From Deltaproteobacteria bacterium (GTDB taxonomy: Bacteria > Myxococcota_A > UBA796 > UBA2385), in assembly GCA_016792625.1 (NCBI GenBank), contig JAEUKK010000059.1, positions 32,210 to 96,209 on the forward strand: a DNA stretch of 64,000 bases. Reading direction: 5' to 3'. Below the pieces are notes generated by a model, which saw only the letters and a list, made by a program, of their open reading frames with translations, searched no databases and was not told where the DNA came from. A program made the position numbers and the translations under genes. Shown here piece after piece: positions 36,966 through 45,123 of this stretch (position 1 is the stretch's first letter; the number at the start of each line of letters is the position of its first letter).

Positions 36966-37411
36966 GCGGCGCGGCGCTGTTCGCGCTGCTCGCGCGGGGG
37001 CATGGGCTGCTCGCCGCCCTGGCGCTCGCCCTGGTCCTGCACCCGGTGCTCAGCCTGCGGCACCCGGGCCGCCCGCGGCCGATGACCCGCCTCGCCGCCG
37101 CCCTCGGCGCCGGCCTGCTGACGCTCAACGCGCTGGGCGGAGCGGCGCTGTACCCGACCTACCGCGCGCAGATCAAGCCCGAGCTGGTGCACGGCGCGGT
37201 CGAGGCGGCCCTGCACTTCGAGCGCAAGGAGCACCTCGCGCTGCTCGCCGTGTGCCTGGTCCAAGCGGGCGCGGCCCTGCTGCTCCTGCTGCCCGGGCGA
37301 GCCTCGGCCCGGCGGGCGGCCCGCGTCCTGCTCGGCCTCGGGGCCCTGATCGGCGCGCTGACCGGCATTCTCGGCATGTGGGTGGCTGCGGTGGCCCATC
37401 CGGCCTGGTGA
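36962..37411 (+). CDS. Small (149-aa) four-TM membrane protein with several His at helix boundaries
   Basis: ATGA overlap with the preceding ORF (the track ORF starts earlier, at 36794). The sequence is MSGAALFALLARGHGLL...LHPVL...ALHFERKEHLALL...AAVAHPAW. Confidence 0.6.
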   Translation: MSGAALFALLARGHGLLAALALALVLHPVLSLRHPGRPRPMTRLAAALGAGLLTLNALGGAALYPTYRAQIKPELVHGAVEAALHFERKEHLALLAVCLVQAGAALLLLLPGRASARRAARVLLGLGALIGALTGILGMWVAAVAHPAW

Positions 37412-37442
37412 GCGCCGCGCGCCCCAGGCCCAGCCAGCAGCG

Positions 37443-37468
37443 GACCTTCAGCGCTGACCTTCAGCGCG
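37443..37468. terminator. Direct duplication and palindrome at a convergent gene junction (candidate bidirectional hairpin)
   Basis: GACCTTCAGCGC(T/G) occurs twice in tandem. It contains the perfect palindrome TCAGCGCTGA (37448-37457) and a GCGCTGA-CCT-TCAGCGC stem-loop (37451-37467). It overlaps the stop of the minus-strand gene. There is no U-tract. Confidence 0.3.
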
Positions 37469-38783
37469 GAATGGTGACCTGGTCGATGATGTTGCCCGAG
37501 AGGTCTCGGGCCACAAGCTCGATGCGGTCGTCGAGGAAGTCGGCGATGACGTAGTGTTCGATGGGGTTGGCCACCGCGCCAAACCACTCGGCCTCGGAGT
37601 TGGGGTACAGCGGCGCGCCCGCCCCGCCCGAGACCAGGTAGACCGTGCCTTCGCCCGCGGCGCGCTCTTGACCGGCCTTGATCGGCACGCTGCGCTCGTA
37701 GATGTGGTTGTGCCCGGCCAAAACCAGCGCCACATCACCATCTTCGAAGAGCGGCGCCCAGAGGTCACGCAGCTCGACGTTGCTGCCGTGGGTCGTGCAG
37801 GTCGAGTACAGCGGCTGGTGGTGCATCGCGACCCGGCGGCGCTGGGCGGTGGAGAGCGTCTCGGAGATGAAGGCGGTCTGCACGTCCTCTGCTTCGCTGG
37901 CGTCCCGCACGGTGTCGTTGAGGCTCAGGAAGGTCGTGTCGCCGTAGTCGAAGCTGTACCACTCCTCGTTGCCGGGAAAGGCGAACTGGACGAAGTAGTG
38001 CTGGGCCAAGAACTCATGGTTGCCATGCGCCGCCATAAACGCCTTGCCCGCGAAAACATCGCCGCTGGCGTCAAACCAGGAGTCCCACTCGCGCTGGTTG
38101 GCGCCGAGCTCGACCATATCGCCGGAGAAGAGGAAGAAGTCGGGCGCGTGGCTGTCCATCGCGGCGAGCACGGCGGCCCAGGTCGCGTAGGTGCCCCGGC
38201 TGTCGCCCGACATCGCCACGCGGAAGTTGGCCTTGGTGCCTGGCGCTGGCGGGGTGCGGAAGGTGTAGGTCTCGGACCAGCCGCCCTCGCCGCCCACCCG
38301 GTAGCTGTAGGCGGTGTCGGGGCTGAGCAGGCCGCAGAGCCGCACCTCGTGCTGGCGGTAGGGCCCCTCGCCCAGGGCCGCGCCGCCGAAGAGCCAGCTC
38401 ACGCCCTCGGCGCGCTGCGCGCCCGTCGGGAAGCCCTCGGCCGGGCCCCACTCGATCTGGCTGGCCAGGGTGTCGAGGTCTGAGCGCCAGAGAAAGGCGG
38501 CGTTTCGGCTCGGGTCGCGCGAGGGCCACGAGTAGTGCACATGAAAAGGGGCCGGCGCGGCGCCATAGGTCTCGGCGTGCGCGGTCGGCGCGGGGGGCGC
38601 AGCGTTGATGAGGCCGGTGGGGATGTTGATCTCAGGGCTGCAGTCGGCGGTCGTCGGGCTGTTGCCCGCCGCGCCGGAGTCGCCGCGCCCCTCGGGGTAA
38701 AAATCGCAGGCGGCGAGGAGGAGCAGCGGCGCTGCGGCGCGCACAGACGAGGCGGGGCGCGCAGACAAGGCGGGGCGGATCAT
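37461..38783 (-). CDS. Purple-acid-phosphatase-like metallophosphoesterase lipoprotein
   Basis: The ATG at 38781-38783 follows GGAGGAG and gives MIRPALSARPASSVRAAAPLLLLAAC (lipobox). Metallophosphoesterase motifs are MSGDSRG, FSGDMVE, GNHEF and AGHNHIYERS. An N-terminal PAP-type beta domain is present. Confidence 0.8.
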   Translation of the reverse strand: MIRPALSARPASSVRAAAPLLLLAACDFYPEGRGDSGAAGNSPTTADCSPEINIPTGLINAAPPAPTAHAETYGAAPAPFHVHYSWPSRDPSRNAAFLWRSDLDTLASQIEWGPAEGFPTGAQRAEGVSWLFGGAALGEGPYRQHEVRLCGLLSPDTAYSYRVGGEGGWSETYTFRTPPAPGTKANFRVAMSGDSRGTYATWAAVLAAMDSHAPDFFLFSGDMVELGANQREWDSWFDASGDVFAGKAFMAAHGNHEFLAQHYFVQFAFPGNEEWYSFDYGDTTFLSLNDTVRDASEAEDVQTAFISETLSTAQRRRVAMHHQPLYSTCTTHGSNVELRDLWAPLFEDGDVALVLAGHNHIYERSVPIKAGQERAAGEGTVYLVSGGAGAPLYPNSEAEWFGAVANPIEHYVIADFLDDRIELVARDLSGNIIDQVTIPR

Positions 38784-38797
38784 CGGCTCCTCCGGGC

Positions 38798-39955
38798 TCA
38801 GAACGCGAGGTGGGCGGCGAGCGAGACCTGGTCGTTGTCGTAGCTCAGGTCCTCCAGCTCGTCGTTCTTCGACCACAGCAGCTGCAGGCGCAGGTCTTGG
38901 GCCCGGCGCGTCCAGGGATGGCCGGCGTAAAAGCCGAGGCCCACCGACACGCTCTGCCGGCCCTGGGCGGGGTCGGTGGGCCCGACCAGGGGCACCTCGC
39001 CGTTGATGGCCACCAGCGCGTCAGAGCGGTCGAAGCGGCCGACCACGGCGAGGTGCTCGTCGGCCCAGGGCACGCCGGGCACAAAACTCGCCGCTTGGAC
39101 GTACCAAGCGTTGCTGTTGAAATCGGCGAGGTCCACCGGCTGCCAGTCGGTGAAGCGCCAGAGCAGCTCGGCTTGCACGGTGACCCAGCGGTAGTGGGCG
39201 AAGGCCTCGCCGTTGTGGCTGATCGAGGCCTCTTCAGCACCCTCAGGGCCGTCTTTATTGACGTAGACGGCATAGCCGACGGTGGCTGTCGGGTCTTCGT
39301 CGGGGTCGAGCAGCTCGCTGGTGGTGCCCGGGCCGCCCCAGGGGCTGAGCGCGACCCGCCCCGCGTAGAGGAATTTGCGGTTCACGTTGCCGAGGCGGTT
39401 GGTGCCCTCGCCGTTGAACACGCCTACACCGTACTCGACGATGTTCTCGCGGTCAGCCCCGTGAAGCATCGCGCCGATCTGCCGGCGGGGGCCCAGATCA
39501 TCGAGGGCGGCCCGCTCAGGCAGGGCGGTCGACTTGTCGGAGATGAGCAGCGTGCGGCTGGTCGGGGTCTTGAACTGGCCCATCCGGAGGGTCAGGAGCT
39601 GGTGGGCCTGCAGATCGACATAGGCATCGACCAAGCGGGCCTCGGGCATCAGCTCGATGGAGATGGCCTGCCGCACGGCGAGGCCGCCGTCGCCCGCCGC
39701 GCTGCGGCTGAGCGTGGACTGCTGCTCGAGCCGGGCGCGAGCGATTTGAAAGCCGACCTCGCCGGGCACCTCGGCGGCCTTGTCCTCGGGGCTCCACACG
39801 AAGCGGGGCTGCACGAAGCCGCCGAAGGAGAAGCGCTGGCGATCCCAGCCCGCGCCCGCCTTGGCCGGGTCGACGCGGTCGACCAGCTCGGCGGACCACG
39901 CCGGGCCCGCCGCGACGAGGAGCGCGAGGGCCCCGAGCGCGTACGCCCGCCCCAT
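38798..39955 (-). CDS. Outer-membrane beta-barrel porin, possibly phosphate-selective (OprO/P-like)
   Basis: Signal peptide is ALGALALLVAAGPAWSAE. There are alternating beta-strand patterns, and the C-terminus is SLAAHLAF (terminal Phe). The family assignment is by eye only. Confidence 0.6.
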   Translation of the reverse strand: MGRAYALGALALLVAAGPAWSAELVDRVDPAKAGAGWDRQRFSFGGFVQPRFVWSPEDKAAEVPGEVGFQIARARLEQQSTLSRSAAGDGGLAVRQAISIELMPEARLVDAYVDLQAHQLLTLRMGQFKTPTSRTLLISDKSTALPERAALDDLGPRRQIGAMLHGADRENIVEYGVGVFNGEGTNRLGNVNRKFLYAGRVALSPWGGPGTTSELLDPDEDPTATVGYAVYVNKDGPEGAEEASISHNGEAFAHYRWVTVQAELLWRFTDWQPVDLADFNSNAWYVQAASFVPGVPWADEHLAVVGRFDRSDALVAINGEVPLVGPTDPAQGRQSVSVGLGFYAGHPWTRRAQDLRLQLLWSKNDELEDLSYDNDQVSLAAHLAF

Positions 39956-39958
39956 CGC

Positions 39959-40636
39959 CTAAAACAGCCCGGTGGAGGCCAGATCGGTGCAGTACTCGGC
40001 CGAGATGCTGCCGTTGACCTCGGCGGTCGCCCGCACCTCTTCGAGCGACTCGTGCACGAAGCCGCCGTCGAGCTGGCTCAGCTCGATCTCCATCGTGTAG
40101 CCGTCTTCGCCGCTGCCCGAGAAGGTGTAGCGGTAGGTCAGGGGGTTCCCCACCCACCAGCGGCCCGAGTAGAAGTAGTCCTCTTCGTCGGTCTCGAGGG
40201 TGGTCAGCTCAAAAGCACCGGCGCCGAGCGCGCACTCGATGGCCGTGCCCGTGCCCACAAGATCGAGGGTCGGGTCGCCCTCAGACCGCGTGTAGTCGAT
40301 GCCGCCGTCGTAGTCCTCGGCGATCTTAATGAACATATTGCAGGTCTCGGGCGCGAAGACCGGCTCGGGGTCGTAGGGCTCGGCGCCGACCCGCAGGTAC
40401 TGGCCCACCGTGGCGCAGTCGGCCTCGGGCGAGGAGCTGAGGTAGGCCAAGAAGGCCCCGCCCTGGTCAAAGGCGAAGGCCTTGTAAAAGCGGACATTGC
40501 CGACGTCGGCCGCGCCATCGGGCTGGATCGAGCCGACCAGCTGCGGGCTGAGCTCGTCGCCGGTGTCTTCGGCTTTGCCGGCGCAGGCCGCGGTCAGCAG
40601 CAGGGCGAGGGCGGTGGCCCGGGGGGTGGCGTGCAT
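39959..40636 (-). CDS. Acidic lipoprotein of unknown function
   Basis: The ATG at 40634-40636 follows GGAGGAG and gives MHATPRATALALLLTAAC (lipobox). The product is 225 aa, rich in D/E/G/Y, and contains four Cys. Confidence 0.65.
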   Translation of the reverse strand: MHATPRATALALLLTAACAGKAEDTGDELSPQLVGSIQPDGAADVGNVRFYKAFAFDQGGAFLAYLSSSPEADCATVGQYLRVGAEPYDPEPVFAPETCNMFIKIAEDYDGGIDYTRSEGDPTLDLVGTGTAIECALGAGAFELTTLETDEEDYFYSGRWWVGNPLTYRYTFSGSGEDGYTMEIELSQLDGGFVHESLEEVRATAEVNGSISAEYCTDLASTGLF

Positions 40637-40668
40637 GTCTCCTCCACGAGCCGGCGCGTCGGCGCGGC

Positions 40669-41788
40669 TCAGCTCTCGTTCTGCTCTTCGACGCCGGCCC
40701 GCTGGGCGAGCCAGGCCTCCATAAAATTCATCAGCTCGCCGGCCAACACCCGGTCGGTCTGGGTGCTCTCGGCGCCCGTGCGCAGGTCTTTGACCATCCG
40801 GTAGGGCTGCAGGACATAGCTGCGGATCTGGCTGCCCCACTCGATCTTCTTCTTCTGCGAGTTCAGCGCGTCGATCTCGGCCTGCCGCTTCTCGAGCTCG
40901 TATTGGTACATCTTGGCGCGCAGCATCTTCCAGGCCTTGGCCTTGTTCTTGTGCTGGCTGCGCTCGGCCTGGCAGGCCGCCACCAGCCCGGTGGGCAGGT
41001 GGGTGATGCGGACCGCGGAGTCGGTGGTGTTGATGTGCTGGCCGCCAGCGCCGCCCGCGCGGAAGGTGTCGATGCGGCAGTCGGCCTCTTTGATGTCGAC
41101 CTCGATCTCGTCGTCGATGTCGGGCATCACGTCGACGCTGGCAAAAGCCGTGTGGCGCCGGGCCTGGCTGTCGAAGGGCGAGATGCGCACCAGCCGGTGC
41201 ACGCCGATCTCGGCCTTGAGGTAGCCATAGGCGTAGGGGCCGCGCACCTCGAGGCGGCAGCTCTTGATGCCGGCCTCTTCGTGCTCCTGCTCGTCGGAGA
41301 TCTGCACCTTGAAGCCGTGCTTGGCCGCCCAGCCCAAGTACATGCGCTTGAGCATGGCCGCCCAGTCGGCCGCATCGGTGCCGCCCGCGCCGCTGTTCAC
41401 GTCGAGGATGGCGTCACAGACGTCCATCTCTTCAGACAGCATGCGCTGGACCTCGAGCTCGCGCACCCGCTCGGCCAAGGACTCGAGCGCCGCCATGCCC
41501 TCGTCGATGGTGGCCTGGTCACCGGCCTCTTCGCCGAGCTCGATGAGCGTCTCGGCGTCGGACATGCGCAGCTCGACCTCGTTCATGTCGGTCAGCGAGC
41601 GCTCGAGCACACCCTTCTCTTTCAGGACCGCCTGGCTGCGGGTCGGGTCGTTCCAAAACTCGGGGTCGTTGCTCTGGTTCTCGAGCTCTTGGATGCGGAC
41701 CTTACGACCATCGACGTCAAAGGTGCCCCCGGAGCGCATCAATGCGTGCTCGCAGCTGGCGGTGGAGCTCGGTGTGGTCCTGGCTCAT
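40669..41788 (-). CDS. prfB: Peptide chain release factor 2, expressed through a +1 programmed ribosomal frameshift
   Basis: The main frame 40669-41742 carries the SPF (RISPFDSQ) and GGQ ([23 protein letters not shown]) motifs. A 23-codon ORF0 ([23 protein letters not shown]) starts at ATG 41786-41788 after GAGGA and ends at the in-frame TGA of the CTT TGA C shift site. Confidence 0.92.
41716..41732 (-). promoter_or_regulatory. prfB: prfB autoregulatory +1 frameshift site
   Basis: The minus strand reads CGG GGG CAC CTT TGA C. This is nearly identical to the E. coli AGG GGG UAU CUU UGA C element (internal SD, 3-nt spacer, slippery CUU, UGA, C). Confidence 0.9.
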
Positions 41789-41917
41789 GGTCGGGTCCTC
41801 GGCGGCGGGCGCCGGCAGCGGCGCGGCCGCAAGAGAAGGGAGGGGGCCGCGCTGGAGGGCCGACCGCCACCAGAGGGGCCGGGCGGAGGGCAGAGGCGCG
41901 CGGGGCAGGGCGAAGGG

Positions 41918-42577
41918 CTAACCAACGGGCCCCGCGCCGTCCGCCTCGGCCTCGACCCGGCCGATCAGCCCGGGTTTGCCGCCCAGCAGGGCGAGCAGGC
42001 GCTCCTCTTCGGCGCGCATGCGGGCCGCCTCGGCCTCGCCCTGCTCGTGGTCAAAGCCGAGCAGGTGCAGCAGGCCGTGGACCAGGAGCACCTGCAGCTC
42101 CTCTTCGACCCGGTGGCCGAGGCGCCCGGCGGCGGAAGCGGCGGTCTCAACGCTGATCACGAGGTCGCCGAGCAGGCCGCCCTCGGGCGTGTGGGCCTCG
42201 GACTGGGGGAAGGACAGCACGTCGGTGGGCTGGTCTTTGTCGCGCCAGTCGCGGTTCAGCGGCTGGATGAACGCATCATCGCAGAGCACGATCGACAGCT
42301 CGGCGCCCTCGTGGCCCAGCGTGGCCAGCAGGCGCTGGGCGTCCGCGCGCAGGGCCTCGACCCAGCCCTCGCCCAAGGTGGGCTGGCCCTCGACGCAGAC
42401 CTCGACCGGCCCCTGATCTTCGTCGTCGGGCAGGGGCGTGGCCTCGACCTCGACCCCGATGCCACGCGAGCCGCCGGTGCCGAGGAAGGCCGCGAGCAGC
42501 GCGTTGTTGTCAGCGATGTTCGCCGCGAGCTCGACGGGGCTGGGCGGGCGGGGCTTGCGGGCGGCGGGCTTCGACAC
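41918..42577 (-). CDS. ybeY: Endoribonuclease YbeY (rRNA maturation factor) with N-terminal extension
   Basis: The zinc motif HGLLHLLGFDHE is present, with the upstream blocks LSIVLCDDAFIQPLN and TDVLSFP. At 219 aa it is ~60 aa longer than typical, so the true start may be internal. Confidence 0.85.
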   Translation of the reverse strand: MSKPAARKPRPPSPVELAANIADNNALLAAFLGTGGSRGIGVEVEATPLPDDEDQGPVEVCVEGQPTLGEGWVEALRADAQRLLATLGHEGAELSIVLCDDAFIQPLNRDWRDKDQPTDVLSFPQSEAHTPEGGLLGDLVISVETAASAAGRLGHRVEEELQVLLVHGLLHLLGFDHEQGEAEAARMRAEEERLLALLGGKPGLIGRVEAEADGAGPVG

Positions 42578-42600
42578 GGGGACCTCCGGAGCCGGCGCGG

Positions 42601-45123
42601 CTATCCGACCCGGGGCGGCTGCGGGCGGGCCTCGGCCTCTCGCGGCAGGTGCTCGGCGCTCTCGTAGTCCTGCTCGGGGTGCAGCGAGGCCTCGCGGCCG
42701 AGCGGGCTGACCGGGCCCGTCGACCCCTCGGGCTCGAGCGGGGGCCCGGGCACCTCGACCCCCGGCGGCAGCGGGCGGCTGCCATCGGGCTGCGGCTCGA
42801 GCGGGTTGGGCAGCTCCAAGGTGATGATCGGGCCGGTGGACCGCTCAGGAGTGTCGATCGGCGCGCGGCGGGGCACGCCCGGGTACTCGATGCGGTGGTG
42901 GTAGATGCCGAGCAGGGTCTCGCTGAAGGCGTCCGAGATGGTGTAGATCTCTTTGACGGTCAGCGGGCACTTCTCGAGCTGCCCGTCGACCAGGGTCGCG
43001 TTCACCAACTTCTGGATGAGCGCCCGAATGCTGCTCGGCGACTTGTCCTTCAGGGTGCGGCAGGCGGCCTCGACCTTGTCGGCCAGCATCATGATGCCGG
43101 CCTCCTTCGTGTCGGGCAGGCGGCCCGGGTAGCGGTAGTCCGCTTCATCCACCACTTCGCCGGCGTTGACCGCCTTGGCGTAGAAGTACTGGATGAGCCC
43201 GGTGCCGTGGTGCATCGAGATGCCGTCGATGACCGGCTGGGGCAGCTTGTGCTGGATGGCGATGGCCTCGCCGTCGGTCACGTGGTTGATGATCACCCGG
43301 GCCGAGGTGCGCGGGGGCAGGCGGTCGTGCGGGTTGGGCCCGCCGCGCTGGTTCTCGACGAAGTACTTGGGGTTGACCGCCTTCCCGATGTCGTGAAAGT
43401 AGCAGGCGACCCGGGTCTGCAGGGCGTTCGCGCCGATGGCTTCGGCCGCCGCCTCGCTGAGCTGCGCGACGGTCACGCTGTGGTGGTAAGTGCCCGGCGC
43501 GCGCAACATCAGCTGCTTGAGCAGCGGGTGGTTGAGGTTGGCCAGCTCGAGCAGGCGGTAGTCGGTCACAAAGCCGAACTGCTCAAAGAGCGGCACGAGC
43601 CCCAGCACGAAGAAGCCGCTCAGCGCGCCGCTCAGCGCGGCGAGGCCCATCGACCAGAGCGGCACCCCTGCGCCCGCCGCGGCGGTCTCGTCCCCCATCC
43701 AGGCCTGGGCGAGGCAGACCAAAACGGCGCCAGCGGCGTTGACCAGGCCGGTCAAGAGCCCGGCCCGCAGCACGCCGAGGCGCTCGCGGCGGCCGGCCAC
43801 CGCGCCCGCGCCAACCAGGCCCGAGAGCGCGAAGTACAGCGCCATCAGCGACGAGCCGCCTTGTTGCATGCCGAGCACGCTGGCGGTGAGCAGGCTCCAC
43901 AGCAGGGCCGCCTCGCCGTTGATCAGCACCCGCACGAGCATCGCGCCGCCGGCCACCGGAGCGACGAAGGCCAGCGCGTCGGGGGGCAGGCCGAGGTTGG
44001 GCGCGTCGGCGAGGCCCTCGGCCAGCTCGCGCAGCAGCCGACCGAGCCCCGCGACCAAAAGCAGCAGCAGCGCGCCGGCCTCGAGGTCGCGGCCCCGGGT
44101 CGAGACGCCGGGCAGCGCGCCGCGGGCGAATTGGTAGACCGCGGTGGTGAACAGGCCGGTCAGCGCGGCCAGCGCCACGCCAAAGGACAGCGGCCCGACC
44201 CCGCCTTGTTTGCTCGCCGCCGCGGCGAGCTGCTGCACCTGCCCGGCGCTGAGCACGTCGCCGGCCCGGGCGATGCTCGTGCCGCGGGCGACCCGGTGGA
44301 TGCGCGGCTGGACCGCGGCCTGCGCGGCGGTGCGGCGGTCCTCGGTGATCGCCTGGTTGTAGGAGAAGTTCGGCCGCAGCCCGGCGCGGGCGATCGCCAC
44401 CGCCGCCTTGACCACCTCGGGGCGGGCCTGGCCGAAGTCGAGCGCGTAGAGCGAGACCTGCTGGCGGGCCTCAGCGGGGGTGCGGATGACGCTGTAGTCC
44501 TCGAGCAGCAGCTCATCGCGCTGCTCACCCAAGACCAGCACCGAGATCGCCCGGGCGCTCGTGGGCAGCACGCTGCGATCCGGCAGGATGTAGGCGCGCA
44601 TCGCCACATCGAGCAGCTGCCGGCTGAGCTCCTCGACCTCGCGCGACCAGCCGAGCGCGGCGAGGTGGTCGAGGTCCTCGGGGTCAAGGGTGAACTCGAG
44701 CCCGCGCAGGAATTCGAGGGCGACGGCGCTGCGCTCGGCCTCGGTCAGCTCGGCCCGCCCCTCGGCCCGCGCGACCAGGGTGGCCTCGTTGTAGCGCCCG
44801 CGCGCCGCGGCGAAGGCGTCGGAGATGCGGCCCTGCGCCCGGTCGGCGAGCTTGGGGTCGAAGTCAAAGACCGGCAGGACCTGGGCTTCGGCGGCGCGCC
44901 GATCGGCGTCGGTGTTGAGCTGATCGACGTACTCGAAGCTGACCCCCGCGCGGATGTCGCGCTCGGCCACCGCGCCGACCGGGGGCACCACCGAGACGGG
45001 GCGCAGCTCTTCAACGATGAGCAGCGCGCTGCCCACGCTCAGCAGCACGAGCGTGAGCGCTCGCCGGGCGGCAGGCCCGGGCCCGAGGCGCGCGCGCCAG
45101 CCCTCAGCCATGCGTCGGCTCAT
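42601..45123 (-). CDS. 7TM-receptor-type HD-domain phosphohydrolase (PgpH/YqfF family)
   Basis: A large extracytoplasmic N-domain is followed by a 7-TM block and an HD domain (GTYHHSVTVAQLSEAAAEAIG...CYFHDIGK...HHGT). The start is ambiguous: ATG at 45123 or 45111. The track ORF extends to 45240, into phoH. Confidence 0.85.
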   Translation of the reverse strand: MSRRMAEGWRARLGPGPAARRALTLVLLSVGSALLIVEELRPVSVVPPVGAVAERDIRAGVSFEYVDQLNTDADRRAAEAQVLPVFDFDPKLADRAQGRISDAFAAARGRYNEATLVARAEGRAELTEAERSAVALEFLRGLEFTLDPEDLDHLAALGWSREVEELSRQLLDVAMRAYILPDRSVLPTSARAISVLVLGEQRDELLLEDYSVIRTPAEARQQVSLYALDFGQARPEVVKAAVAIARAGLRPNFSYNQAITEDRRTAAQAAVQPRIHRVARGTSIARAGDVLSAGQVQQLAAAASKQGGVGPLSFGVALAALTGLFTTAVYQFARGALPGVSTRGRDLEAGALLLLLVAGLGRLLRELAEGLADAPNLGLPPDALAFVAPVAGGAMLVRVLINGEAALLWSLLTASVLGMQQGGSSLMALYFALSGLVGAGAVAGRRERLGVLRAGLLTGLVNAAGAVLVCLAQAWMGDETAAAGAGVPLWSMGLAALSGALSGFFVLGLVPLFEQFGFVTDYRLLELANLNHPLLKQLMLRAPGTYHHSVTVAQLSEAAAEAIGANALQTRVACYFHDIGKAVNPKYFVENQRGGPNPHDRLPPRTSARVIINHVTDGEAIAIQHKLPQPVIDGISMHHGTGLIQYFYAKAVNAGEVVDEADYRYPGRLPDTKEAGIMMLADKVEAACRTLKDKSPSSIRALIQKLVNATLVDGQLEKCPLTVKEIYTISDAFSETLLGIYHHRIEYPGVPRRAPIDTPERSTGPIITLELPNPLEPQPDGSRPLPPGVEVPGPPLEPEGSTGPVSPLGREASLHPEQDYESAEHLPREAEARPQPPRVG

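Noticed and set aside
34275-37461. Search for a short RiPP precursor ORF (Cys/Gly-rich, under 80 aa) around the rSAM gene
   Set aside because: None was found on either strand. The small track ORFs in this interval are alternative frames of the called genes with Arg/Pro-rich nonsense composition.
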